Below are positions 8,157 to 18,258 of a DNA stretch of 31,884 nucleotides, piece by piece. Made by a program: the position numbers and the translations under genes. The notes under the pieces were generated by a model. The model ran no database searches. It worked only from the letters and a program-made list of their open reading frames with translations, and was not told where the DNA came from. Origin of the DNA: Trichormus sp. ATA11-4-KO1 (GTDB lineage: Bacteria; Cyanobacteriota; Cyanobacteriia; Cyanobacteriales; Nostocaceae); the NCBI GenBank assembly GCA_019358915.1, contig JAHHIM010000045.1:1-31884 (forward strand), read 5' to 3'. How positions within the stretch are numbered: position 1 is the stretch's first letter; the number at the start of each line of letters is the position of its first letter.

Positions 8157-9568
8157 AAGAATTTAATGAAAATCTCAGGCGTGAGCGTAAAGCATCTACT
8201 TTATTAGTAGGTGCATTGTTAATTGGTGGACTAGCTGCAACTGTGCCATTGTTCACCGACTCAATTAAGCATTCTGAAATTTTATTCTGTAGAGTCAATT
8301 CAGATTGCAAAGGGTCAAGTGTGCGCCGGGGAATTGCTCACATTATTGATAATGAACGCCGCAATCAACTATTTGATATTAATATCCGAGTGTTGAGAGT
8401 TTTACCACCAGAAGACAGTACAGCTTATCTATTTGGGATTGGGGGCAGTGTGGCGCTGCTCGTTGCTTATGCTACCAGTAAATCACTCACTGACAAGCAA
8501 GAGAAAGCGATTCATAGTCAGTTCGCATTATTGAAAATCAAAGCACTAGAGAATGACATAATCACTCAAAATCATCTGGACTTAACAGCATTCTCCAAAG
8601 CCCAACAAAGTGAGATAACCAAGCAGGCGATCGCCCGTCAAACTGCTGAAACAATCGAGGCTATGAAGTCCCCAGGAGAACAACAACTAGACCACCTTAA
8701 TGGAACTTTACAGGGTGAATTATCCATGAAAAATCATGAGTTGCAGTTGTCAGAGATGGACAAGGTTATTGCTGATAATAAGCTACAAGTTGCTGAAACT
8801 AATAAGAAGTTGAGTAAGTTATCTGGCAATATCCAAGACTCACACCAAGCCCAATCATCACCAGATGAACAGCTAAAAGATACCCTCATTGATGCCCTGA
8901 AAAATCATGAAGACGGGTATTTGTGGAAAATCATCAATTCACTCAAACCATTGTGGCTGATTGGTAATCAAGGGTCAGGTAAGACATACACAGCCGGAGC
9001 GATCGCACTCATTAGAAAATACTGCCTCGATGCCCTAATCCATCAATTAATCGACCGTCACGCCACTGGTGACAATGCTGATGTTTGGAAATTGCTAGAA
9101 GCCACCAGCAAAGCCGAATCAGAGGATGAAATCAGCACAGCTTTTGAGGATTGTTGTGATAGGTGGCTGCAACGAATTAAGGAAAAACCCACCAAAAAGC
9201 AGCAGGTGATTGTGGATGAATTTACCAATTTAAAATCACTTTGTGGTGACACGGCTATTGCATTCTTCAAAATGTCCCTCACCGACACCCGTAAAGCCAA
9301 GGAATATCTGTTGGGAATCACCCATAATGCTACCAATGAATCATTCCCAGATGGTACAGCATCAGCACGGAAGGCAGGGACAATTTTACTGGAGAAGTTT
9401 AGCGCCAATGGTGAGACACCACTATCTAGGGTAGTTGTCCGCTATGGCCTGGTTGATGAGAACGGCAATAATTTAGAAGACGAGGAAAGGACATTACCTA
9501 GCTGGATGCACCCTGAGCGCATTTACCAGCACTTCCACGGTAAGCAGCAAATTAATTTTGATGACTAA
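8144..9568 (+). CDS. Membrane-anchored P-loop ATPase (FtsK/HerA/coupling-protein-like architecture)
   Basis: Two N-terminal TM segments, coiled coil, Walker A GNQGSGKT, Walker B VIVDE, LLGITH strand. Confidence 0.75.
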   Translation: MQEIEEFNENLRRERKASTLLVGALLIGGLAATVPLFTDSIKHSEILFCRVNSDCKGSSVRRGIAHIIDNERRNQLFDINIRVLRVLPPEDSTAYLFGIGGSVALLVAYATSKSLTDKQEKAIHSQFALLKIKALENDIITQNHLDLTAFSKAQQSEITKQAIARQTAETIEAMKSPGEQQLDHLNGTLQGELSMKNHELQLSEMDKVIADNKLQVAETNKKLSKLSGNIQDSHQAQSSPDEQLKDTLIDALKNHEDGYLWKIINSLKPLWLIGNQGSGKTYTAGAIALIRKYCLDALIHQLIDRHATGDNADVWKLLEATSKAESEDEISTAFEDCCDRWLQRIKEKPTKKQQVIVDEFTNLKSLCGDTAIAFFKMSLTDTRKAKEYLLGITHNATNESFPDGTASARKAGTILLEKFSANGETPLSRVVVRYGLVDENGNNLEDEERTLPSWMHPERIYQHFHGKQQINFDD

Positions 9569-9658
9569 CTTCTTAATGCTGTTATCTGTGTATTTACGGG
9601 GTCAATTATTAGTATGACTCCGCTAAAATAAACAGTATAAAATTTTGAGTTATTCAGA

Positions 9659-9862
9659 ATGGGTACCTGCATTAAGGATATAGAAAATCTGCTTATTCAG
9701 GGAGAATGGAGAAAGGCAGATATTGAGACTGAAAAGCTAATTTTCTCATTCTATAATTCTAAAAAAAATTCTTGGTTAACGCCAGGAGACCAAAGAGGTA
9801 TACAGTTAAAATCAGCAATGGGGATTGACTACACGCGACTACATGATTTACTCGCAAGTTAA
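9659..9862 (+). pseudogene. GUN4-like domain fragments
   Basis: LLIQGEWRKADIET and LKSAMGIDYTRLHDLLA both resemble the start of cyanobacterial GUN4-like domains; ORF stops early. Confidence 0.55.
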
Positions 9863-9903
9863 GTGAAAACGTGCTAGAGATAGATAACTAATTTAGAAAT
9901 GAT

Positions 9904-12279
9904 ATGACCAAGGTTGCAAGCCCCGTTTCTACTGGTGGAGGTGGAAGTGACTACGAAAAGCGTGTTGGTGCTTACTATTTAGCAGCGCTATTGCTTGGTT
10001 CCGTTCCCCGTGGTTTAGAGGCGGGTATTACACGGGAGGTGCGTTTTCAGCGCCTTTTTGAGGGAGACCCCTTAGACGACCTTGTTATCATTGCAGACCT
10101 GACCGTTGGTGACACAAAACTTGCTCTTCAAGTCAAGCGCGACCTCACCTTTGGTGAGAAAGACGAGACATTTGATGAGGTGATGCTTGCTTGCTGGGAG
10201 ACATTTAAGTCCCCTAAATTTAACATTGGAATTGACCGTTTTGGTATTGTTGTTGCACTTTATTCAAAAAATATAGATGAAAATTACCAAAGTGTTCTCA
10301 GCTGGGCACGTAACAGTGCTAATACTGGTGATTTTCTGACTAGAATTGCTCAACAAGGACTATCGAATAAAGAACAGCGTAAGTTTGTTGAATTGATACG
10401 CAAAAAATTAGATAGTTACAAGGGCAGCAATGTTAGTGATGATGAGCTATGGCAATTCCTGCGCTCGATGGTCATTCTATACTTTGACTTTCAACGCGAG
10501 GGGTCGCGTGATTACACTTATACTGTCGAGATAATTAGCCAGTTACTAAGCCCAGATAAAAAAGCTGATTCTCCCCAACTTTTTGCTCAACTTGTTGAGT
10601 ATGCAGCAGAAGCCAATCGAACTGCTGGCAGTTTTAATACAGAAACACTTAGACAAAGACTACAATCGCATTTTGCCCTAGTTCCATCTCCAGACTGCCG
10701 TGCTGACCTGCAAAAGTTGCAGCAGGAAGCAGAATTTGTGTTGCAAGACATACGTACTGATATTGGTGGTCTTACCCTCAGCCGAACTAACCTAGTCGCT
10801 GCTGCTAGAGAAATGATGCGAGAAACAAGACTGCTGGAATTGGTTGGCTCGCCTGGTGCTGGTAAATCTGCGGTGTTGAAAGCACTGGTTGAAATTCAAC
10901 AGGGAGAGGGCCCTGTAATTTTGTTCGCAGGCGATCGCATGAGCGGTACAGGCTGGAGTAGTTATGCTAACGACCTACAACTGACTCAACCCTTAGCTAA
11001 ATTACTATTAGCAGCCAGTAGCAGTCCTCAACCCTCAATTTTTATTGACGGTATTGATAAGATTTTTGATTCTGGCAGACGCAAGGTTGTAAATGATTTG
11101 CTCCGTAGTCTAGCCAATTTTCCTCTGAGTGAAGATGGCTCTCGACACTGGACAGTTGTTGTTTCAGTGAGAGAGGAAAACCTTCAAGAGGTTCATACTT
11201 GGATCGATTTGAGAGTTTTGGGAAAACCAAAAACGCTAGCAATACCAGAACTAACAACCGAAGAACTACAAAGCATTATCGAGCATAGCCCTCGCTTAAA
11301 GCCACTTTTATTACTGACTCAACTGGAAGCAGTGATTAAAAATCCATTTATGCTAAGTCTACTGGAAGACCAACGAATGCTCCCAGATTCAGAACCACTA
11401 CCGCCAATTGCTACAGAGATAGAAGTCAGTGAGGTTTGGTGGGAAAGGGTTGTAGGTGAAGTAGATAAAGACCGTGTTCTTGGTATTGCGAAACGACAAG
11501 CACTTTTGAAACTGGGCAGACAAGTTGTTAACTTACCAGGAAATCGCCTTTTGGTTGACGAAATATCTCCTGATGCCCTTATTGCTCTTGAATCTGACCA
11601 AATAATTTCGCGAGTCCCGTGCCGGGACGTGTATCGTTTCCGTCATGATTTGCTGGAAGATTGGGTAATTTGTCGGATTTTAGACCAAAATCGGGAAGAA
11701 TTGGTTTCATATCTTCAAAAAATTGGTCAGCCAATAGGATTATTTCGGGCTGTTCAACTATTGGGAGCTTCTCTGCTTGAAAAAAATGAAACTGACACCT
11801 GGGTGCAGTTAGTCAGAGATGTTGAACAAGCAAATGACCTGTCTCCTAGATGGCGACAGGCTCTACTGACTGCTCCCCTAATTTCGCCTCGTGCGCCCGA
11901 TTTGCTTGACCAAGCAGAGCCACTACTTGTATCAGATGATGCTCAACGTTTGACACAATTGCTAGTGGCACTGCGGACTATAGAAGTAAATCCTGATTTT
12001 TCACTGTTGCCTTTTTTACAAGAACCGAATAAGCCTCTTAATGAGTTGCTCCCAATTTTAATGCTCAACCCTGTTCCTGTATGGCGGGTTTGGTTACCAC
12101 TAATGAGGTGGCTTGTTCCACGTTTAAATAATTTACCAAGTTCTATTCGACCAGAAGCAGCCAAACTGATGGAAATATGGCAAACTAAAACACCAGTTGG
12201 CTCAGTTTATCGGAGAGAAATTGGAGAACTAGCAGTTGCTTGGCTGAAAGAAGTTGAGAGGAATTATAGACGTGACTAG
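9904..12279 (+). CDS. Avs-like antiviral STAND NTPase, N-terminal part: PD-(D/E)xK/Cap4-like nuclease + NTPase
   Basis: N-terminal GGGGSDYE...LDDLVI...ALQVK nuclease-like motif; Walker A GSPGAGKS; Walker B IFIDGID; NPFML and FRHDLLED STAND-like motifs. Confidence 0.75.
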   Translation: MTKVASPVSTGGGGSDYEKRVGAYYLAALLLGSVPRGLEAGITREVRFQRLFEGDPLDDLVIIADLTVGDTKLALQVKRDLTFGEKDETFDEVMLACWETFKSPKFNIGIDRFGIVVALYSKNIDENYQSVLSWARNSANTGDFLTRIAQQGLSNKEQRKFVELIRKKLDSYKGSNVSDDELWQFLRSMVILYFDFQREGSRDYTYTVEIISQLLSPDKKADSPQLFAQLVEYAAEANRTAGSFNTETLRQRLQSHFALVPSPDCRADLQKLQQEAEFVLQDIRTDIGGLTLSRTNLVAAAREMMRETRLLELVGSPGAGKSAVLKALVEIQQGEGPVILFAGDRMSGTGWSSYANDLQLTQPLAKLLLAASSSPQPSIFIDGIDKIFDSGRRKVVNDLLRSLANFPLSEDGSRHWTVVVSVREENLQEVHTWIDLRVLGKPKTLAIPELTTEELQSIIEHSPRLKPLLLLTQLEAVIKNPFMLSLLEDQRMLPDSEPLPPIATEIEVSEVWWERVVGEVDKDRVLGIAKRQALLKLGRQVVNLPGNRLLVDEISPDALIALESDQIISRVPCRDVYRFRHDLLEDWVICRILDQNREELVSYLQKIGQPIGLFRAVQLLGASLLEKNETDTWVQLVRDVEQANDLSPRWRQALLTAPLISPRAPDLLDQAEPLLVSDDAQRLTQLLVALRTIEVNPDFSLLPFLQEPNKPLNELLPILMLNPVPVWRVWLPLMRWLVPRLNNLPSSIRPEAAKLMEIWQTKTPVGSVYRREIGELAVAWLKEVERNYRRD

Positions 12280-15091
12280 AGATGATTACGAAAAACAATT
12301 AAGAAAAATTGTGCTTCATTCAGCCGATATTATTCCGGAGAAAGTAGCGGAATATCTTCAGGAAGTTGCTAAATACGGTTATGCAGGTACCAAGAGACAA
12401 ATTCTCAAAGAATATAAGCCCTTAGCCGATCATATTCCTAAAGCATTTGTTGATTTTGCACTTGATATTTTTATTAAAATACCCAGAAAACGAAGACTTC
12501 TACCTTTAGTAACAAGTGATAATTCGGTGGAAGCAGAAGATTCAAAGTTGAAGAAAAATTTACATTCTTATCTTTTTCAGGAAATAATTCCTGATGATGA
12601 TTATGAACCTTTTGATTTCAGTAAATTAAAAATTGAAGACTTCAATGACTTTTTAGCACCTGCTCACGTCCAAGGACCTTTCCTGTATCTGCTCCAAAAA
12701 AATGAGGATGAAGGGCTACGATTAGTCCAAACTTTGACAAATTTCGCAGTTGCAAAATGGCGGGAAAGAGAACAAAAACCTCAATACGATGAAAGCGGTA
12801 TAATCCCTTTACCTGTGATTATTGATTTACCATCAGGGGCACATGAGTTTTGGGGTAATGCAGATATTTACTGCTGGTATAGAGGCACAAGTGTCGGGCC
12901 ATATCCGGTTATTTCGGCACTAATGGCTTTGGAAGTATGGATGGAAAGACAAATTGAAGCCGGCAGAAATGTAGAAGAACTTTTCGAGAAGATTTTACTT
13001 GGTAGTAACTGCGTAGCTGTCTTGGGTATTTGTCTTGGTATTACTCTGGCTTACCCAGATAAATGCCTGAGAGCAGCAATACCAATTATTAGTTCCCCCG
13101 CTGTCTGGGAAATGGACATAAGCCGTTGGGTTAATGACCGAAGTAATTCATGGAAATTTGTTCAGGGATTTGAGCGACCATCAGTTCAATGGATTTACGA
13201 ATTGATTGAGGAACGTAATAAAAGACCACAACGTTCTTTAGAAGCTAGACATCTTGCACAACTTTATATTCTTGCTAACGATGAAAGCTTAAGATTTCCA
13301 GTTGAGGAAGCAATCGCCAAATTCACAGAAAATCTTCCTTTCTTTTACCAAGATGAAACAGAAAATGCAGAAGCTATTGCCATTATTAGAGAGCGGATGG
13401 AGAATTATCAGGCTTATGGTAATCGGGCAAATTACAGGATAAAAGACATAGGAGATCAACAGATGATATGGGTTGAGCCTCCTGAAGATGTCAGAAAGCG
13501 CAATGAAGTTGAGCTTAACCCTAACTCCAAGTTACAAAGCTGGCTCGGTTTATGTATGTGGGCGCAAAAAACAATTGAGCAAGGAACAGCCGCAGATAAC
13601 ATGACGATTGAGCAAGCAGTAGCATCTGTCAAAGAACTTCAACAAGCTGAAGATTTTTCCCTACCATATGAAAATACTGAACAGATTACTAGACGTTTAG
13701 AAGCAATAGCTAGTGTTGCAGCAGCTATTTTAATTACCGATTTTGAATGGGCACAAACACAAAATTTAGTTGCTTGGAGCCGTGACATTTTAATTGCTGC
13801 GGCTCGTATGCCTGATGCCAATCAACCACATCTCATCTCTTTTCATCCAAAAGTATCAGCAGGGCGAGGACTTGGAATGCTCATTGCTCATGATGCAGCG
13901 GATATAGAAGTGAGACAACAAGTTCTTCTGTTGCTTGGAGATGAACAGGAAGAAGTAGTTAAAGCGGTCTTTTGCAGTCTTTATCAAGCATGGGAAGTTG
14001 ATGAAATTCTTTGCTGGAATGCTTTGAGCCTCATTCTATCATTGTGCTTGATACCAGCAAACATTGCCTTTGGAAGATATGTGGGTAATTTTGATACGAA
14101 TTTTGATGAAAAAGAAAAATGGCAAAAAACTCTCATAGCAAACCATTTAGACAATTTAAACCAAAATCAATTTCCAGTAATTCCAAAAGTACCTTCAGTC
14201 AAAGAGATAATATTTTCTCAGAAACTAGCTACTATTTTTTTATACGCTCTCCCTATTCCTGAATTATTTAAAAACCCTACAGCTAAACAAATAATTCTTC
14301 AACTCACTGATGATTTGATTGCGTGGACAGTTGAGGCTAACACACTTGAAGACGAAAATCGTAGATATCATGACCGACCTCCTTTTGAGTGGAATTATTC
14401 CTTCTTCAGATGGGCATCATACGTAATGCGCTCGCTTAGTTATGAAGAAGCACGTCAACATATCCTTAACCCCGTCCGAAATTGTTGGTCAAAAGCACCA
14501 CGTATAACAACCGACCTTTTAGATGGTTATATTGAATACCATATTGCATATTTAGAACCGCTAACTACTGAAGCAATATTAGGATGGAGAGAAATATGTA
14601 ACTGGGTACTTGATAGTTCAGAGATAGCGAGGTGGGCTAATAATGCTTATCTAAGCAACGATATGTCCGATACTGTTTCACGCATCCTCTTTGTTCAACT
14701 TGGCAAGTGTTGGTTCAAAGAAGAATGGTCTCATGCGGCTTTATTCTCCGACATTATAGAAAAGTGGGTCAAAGTTATTGGACATAACCCCCAGGCTTTC
14801 AGCTACCTGATAACAATGTTGAGCAGTTCGGGATGGCAATTTGCACCAGAACCTACACTGGAATGGCTAACTCAATGCGTAAACGCAAGTACTCATCCAC
14901 TTTGGCAAGAACGAGATAACAGTGAGAGAACAGCCGAATTGCTGCAACGGATATGGAATAATTTTGAAAAACAAATTAGGGATCGCACAGCTACTTTGCA
15001 ACGGTACTCTGACCTAGTGTATCGGCTAGTAGATGCAGGTGTACCCTTAGCAGGTTTGCTGCGGCAAAAATTAGAGCAACGATCAAAGTAG
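12272..15091 (+). CDS. Large helical-repeat protein; probable sensor half of the STAND system
   Basis: ~940 aa, W/L-rich helical, no NTPase motif; GAGAGGA SD 9 nt before GTG 12272, overlapping the upstream stop codon. Confidence 0.7.
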   Translation: MTRDDYEKQLRKIVLHSADIIPEKVAEYLQEVAKYGYAGTKRQILKEYKPLADHIPKAFVDFALDIFIKIPRKRRLLPLVTSDNSVEAEDSKLKKNLHSYLFQEIIPDDDYEPFDFSKLKIEDFNDFLAPAHVQGPFLYLLQKNEDEGLRLVQTLTNFAVAKWREREQKPQYDESGIIPLPVIIDLPSGAHEFWGNADIYCWYRGTSVGPYPVISALMALEVWMERQIEAGRNVEELFEKILLGSNCVAVLGICLGITLAYPDKCLRAAIPIISSPAVWEMDISRWVNDRSNSWKFVQGFERPSVQWIYELIEERNKRPQRSLEARHLAQLYILANDESLRFPVEEAIAKFTENLPFFYQDETENAEAIAIIRERMENYQAYGNRANYRIKDIGDQQMIWVEPPEDVRKRNEVELNPNSKLQSWLGLCMWAQKTIEQGTAADNMTIEQAVASVKELQQAEDFSLPYENTEQITRRLEAIASVAAAILITDFEWAQTQNLVAWSRDILIAAARMPDANQPHLISFHPKVSAGRGLGMLIAHDAADIEVRQQVLLLLGDEQEEVVKAVFCSLYQAWEVDEILCWNALSLILSLCLIPANIAFGRYVGNFDTNFDEKEKWQKTLIANHLDNLNQNQFPVIPKVPSVKEIIFSQKLATIFLYALPIPELFKNPTAKQIILQLTDDLIAWTVEANTLEDENRRYHDRPPFEWNYSFFRWASYVMRSLSYEEARQHILNPVRNCWSKAPRITTDLLDGYIEYHIAYLEPLTTEAILGWREICNWVLDSSEIARWANNAYLSNDMSDTVSRILFVQLGKCWFKEEWSHAALFSDIIEKWVKVIGHNPQAFSYLITMLSSSGWQFAPEPTLEWLTQCVNASTHPLWQERDNSERTAELLQRIWNNFEKQIRDRTATLQRYSDLVYRLVDAGVPLAGLLRQKLEQRSK

Positions 15092-15289
15092 GCTGAATTG
15101 AAACGATTACGAATTAACCCAGTGTTTAATGTCAGCATTGCTATCCAGTTTGCTTACTAATAATCGTTATTGTAGGCGCAAACCTGGACACAATATTTTC
15201 CATAGTTCGGGTCAAACCATAACACCCTGACCCCCAACAGCTGCATAATGGTGTTGGTATTGTCAAAGTCCATTCCGAATACTAGACAA

Positions 15290-15589
15290 TCAAAATAAAG
15301 ACAGTTGCCCCGGCGATACATTCCCCCTGCGTCGCGTATGAAAACTCAGGTGACAAGCCGTACATAACGCACATAAATTTTCTCGGCGATTATCCTCTGG
15401 CAGAAAATTTCGATGATGCACTGTTAACGTTAGCGCCATTCTTTGGGAACGCTCAATTAGAGATGTATCATCACCAGGGCGAATACATTGCAACCCACAC
15501 TTAGAACAACGCCAATTTACAGATTGTTTCACCTCAAAAGCGATATCTGACCAGTTTAGAGGATAACGTTCGTGATATTTTTTGGGCAT
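15290..15589 (-). CDS. Small HNH endonuclease
   Basis: CSKC...LTVHH...N...NLCALCTACH zinc/HNH motif. Confidence 0.85.
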   Translation of the reverse strand: MPKKYHERYPLNWSDIAFEVKQSVNWRCSKCGLQCIRPGDDTSLIERSQRMALTLTVHHRNFLPEDNRRENLCALCTACHLSFHTRRRGNVSPGQLSLF

Positions 15590-15712
15590 TTCCTGATTCT
15601 AAAAACTGCCAACCATGCTCACTGAAAGTTCTTCAGTGACCACCTCAACGAATTAATTAACCATACTTGGGTAATATTAATCTACTATAATTAGTCAAGT
15701 TATTAATTTTTA

Positions 15713-16765
15713 TCAATCATCTTTTTTCAGCATTCCGGTCAACAATTCCGACATCTCCCACAAATCTTTATTGCGGTTATCATCATAAATCATCAGCGTC
15801 CTGGGGTCAGCATGACGGCTCAACTTCTGCACCTTTCTAATATTCCCATCCGTCGCATCCAATGCCGCCGTAATCGCCGAATGCCTGACCCTGTGCGGTG
15901 ACATCGGTTTCTTCACCCCCGCCTTTTTAAAAGCCGCCGACACAATTTTATAGATCGCATCCGCAGTCAATCTATGCCCCTCATTATGAAAATCCAACGC
16001 CGTAAAAATCGGTAGATTAACATTCAAATCCCCCCTAGCAATTAACCAATCCGCTATCGCCGCCGCCACATCTTTGGACATATCCAAATATTCTTCATTC
16101 GTTCCCTTACCCTTACCCAAAACCCGCAACTTGCGCCCATAAAAATCAAAGTCACCCACATTTAACTGACATATCTCCTGGCGACGCAAAGCCAAACCCC
16201 ACAACACCAAAAAAATCGCATAGTTGCGCTTCCCAATCAAAGTCTCCCGGTCAAACTGCTGTAGTACAAGTGCTATCGTCTTGCTATCAACCCCCCGCGT
16301 ATCCCGATAAGCCTTGACCTTTTCCCCCTCCACGTCTTCCAGGGAATAATTGCACACCCCCAACTTCCGTCCCATCTTCGCCAAGGACTTAATCGCCGCC
16401 AACCGCCGATTAATGGTTGCCTCCCGTACCCCCGACGCTATCAGTTTCGCCTTGTACTTCAGCACCACCATCACCGCCTGCTCTCGCTGCAAGTGCAAAA
16501 ACTCCAGCACGCTATCACTACTTGGCGGCATTAGAGTCATCTTGATAAAGAAATCCTTCAAATCCTTCTCATAAGCCCGGCGAGTATTGGGGTTACGCTT
16601 ATCTGCCAACAGCTGAGCCAACACATCCGGGTCGCCCTGAAGCTCTGCGTCAAAATACCGAGTAATCGGCGCATCTAAACACGCTTCTAACGAAGCAAAG
16701 ACAATTTCTCCCCTGCCCCCCTGCCCCTCTGCTCCCCTGCTTCCCCAAACCGGCTCATTAGGCAT
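15713..16765 (-). CDS. Tyrosine recombinase (XerC/D-like plasmid resolvase)
   Basis: LRRQE, GKG, HRVRH, SRH and IY catalytic motifs; N-terminal core-binding domain. Confidence 0.92.
   Translation of the reverse strand: MPNEPVWGSRGAEGQGGRGEIVFASLEACLDAPITRYFDAELQGDPDVLAQLLADKRNPNTRRAYEKDLKDFFIKMTLMPPSSDSVLEFLHLQREQAVMVVLKYKAKLIASGVREATINRRLAAIKSLAKMGRKLGVCNYSLEDVEGEKVKAYRDTRGVDSKTIALVLQQFDRETLIGKRNYAIFLVLWGLALRRQEICQLNVGDFDFYGRKLRVLGKGKGTNEEYLDMSKDVAAAIADWLIARGDLNVNLPIFTALDFHNEGHRLTADAIYKIVSAAFKKAGVKKPMSPHRVRHSAITAALDATDGNIRKVQKLSRHADPRTLMIYDDNRNKDLWEMSELLTGMLKKDD
16710..16746. repeat. Short tandem purine/pyrimidine repeat (STRR-like) in-frame in the recombinase 5' end
   Basis: CCCCTGCCCCCCTGCCCCTCTGCTCCCCTGCTTCCCC, encoding GSRGAEGQGGRG. 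Confidence 0.65.
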
Positions 16766-16779
16766 AAATGCTCACTACT

Positions 16780-16811
16780 ACGTTATTGATAATGCGCGTT
16801 TCCAATAACGT
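16780..16811. promoter_or_regulatory. Candidate recombinase crossover (res/dif/lox-like) site, 13-6-13
   Basis: ACGTTATTGATAA-TGCGCG-TTTCCAATAACGT, 11/13 arm match, just upstream of the recombinase start. Confidence 0.55.
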
Positions 16812-17156
16812 CTATCATTGCATACAATGTTTTGGCTTTACTGTTTACACAAGATATAGCAATAGCTACTTGTTGCGGAAGTCACTAAGTATCATCAGCG
16901 CTGTGTTAGTCTGTAAAATTGCTGCTTTGATATCGAATTTGATATCAGTTTTGAGAACACAAGAATACTGGGGATTCTGCCCCAAAGCGATGCCTGCCGT
17001 TCTTGCTAGCCAACACCCAAAAACTGCTGCCGTCTATGGTAAGTAGGCTAATATTACTTACTCGTACTTTTTTCAACGCAGTGTCTGGTTGTTTTCGTTT
17101 TACTCTGTTGAAAATTGTTCGAGCCACGGGATTTAAGGCGTTTGTTCTACAAAGTC

Positions 17157-17654
17157 TTAACCCTCATCAGCAGATTGCAAGACAATTGCATACAACTTTT
17201 GGCTAACCCGAAAGTCAGCAGTAGCAATTAACTGATCAATCAATGGTTTAATAGCTGGAATTAGCCCTTGTTTTTTGGCTTGTAGCAAGACTCCCAACAG
17301 ACCCGTTACATTTAGTCCATAACTTGTAGCGACTGCTCGTCCTCGGCGTTCGTCCATTAATAGCAAGTCAGCTTTCAGTTCTTTGGATAAAATAATTGCT
17401 TCGGCTTCTCCTAAGTCAATATTGTCCTGTTTTTCCTGAATTTCTGTAACTTGTTGAGAATTAACAACAGCTATCGTCTGAATCCAAGATAGCTGTTGTA
17501 CTTCTACTGCCCCAGGGACAACTTTATCTACACCTACCATCTCGTTATAAACGGCTTGGGGAATGATAACGCGACTATACAACTGACGCAGTAAATCTAA
17601 CTGACCAATCGCTGCCAAGTTTGTGATCGGTGATGTGTCGCTAACTATAATCAC
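17157..17654 (-). CDS. DUF3368 PIN-domain putative toxin
   Basis: IVSDTSP, LGEAEAI and LLMDERRGR motifs. Confidence 0.9.
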   Translation of the reverse strand: MIIVSDTSPITNLAAIGQLDLLRQLYSRVIIPQAVYNEMVGVDKVVPGAVEVQQLSWIQTIAVVNSQQVTEIQEKQDNIDLGEAEAIILSKELKADLLLMDERRGRAVATSYGLNVTGLLGVLLQAKKQGLIPAIKPLIDQLIATADFRVSQKLYAIVLQSADEG

Positions 17655-17896
17655 AACAAGCCCATTGATTGCAGTGTCCGCACATCGGATTGGAAGTCTT
17701 CTACATCATAGTTGATGTGTAAACCGCGTTTAGCCAGTTCATGTTGGAATTCAAGTACTGTGATTCCTGTCCAGGCTCGGACTTTGCCACTGCTAATTTT
17801 ACCTTGCTCATAAAGCAAGATGCCAATTTCTAATTTCAGTTCATCCTCAGTCATGTTTAATGCTCGGAGGATGTCATCGGGAATTATGACGCTCAT
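17651..17896 (-). CDS. UPF0175 family putative antitoxin (start MSVIIPD)
   Basis: LYEQGKISSGK...F.HELAKRG motif; 4-bp overlap with the PIN gene. Confidence 0.88.
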   Translation of the reverse strand: MSVIIPDDILRALNMTEDELKLEIGILLYEQGKISSGKVRAWTGITVLEFQHELAKRGLHINYDVEDFQSDVRTLQSMGLL

Positions 17897-18258
17897 AAGG
17901 GAAAACTCCAATTCATAGTTTATTCTAATTCTTCTTAATCGCTTATTTTTCAGCTTACTGATAAATTCTTGTCCAGGTCGCACGCTTTAAACGCGGTTAA
18001 GTTACCTAGTTTTTGAGCGATCGCTACCTAGAAAAGGTAAAAATAGGGAACTTCGACCAGGGTTTATTGGGAATAAGCCCTGGTAATTGAGATATAAAAT
18101 CCGATCTCACATTTTCGCGTTGCTCCCCGCCAAAAGCTATGGCAGCCCTTGGTAAGAAATTAATTAGTATGTTTCTTAGTTTTGTTATCTAGTTTTGATA
18201 TTGCTAAGAACCCCAATCTCCCCCTGCACATAAAATTTATAACCAAGATTCAGGTACA

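Noticed and set aside
15713..16765. Protelomerase for the putative linear ends
   Set aside because: Size and the R-K-HxxR-H-Y motifs match ordinary XerC/D-like resolvases. A telomere-resolvase HMM search would be needed to exclude it formally.
16768..17206. Overlapping small ORFs between the recombinase and the PIN gene
   Set aside because: Mutually overlapping, with no recognisable motifs or SD; probably intergenic.
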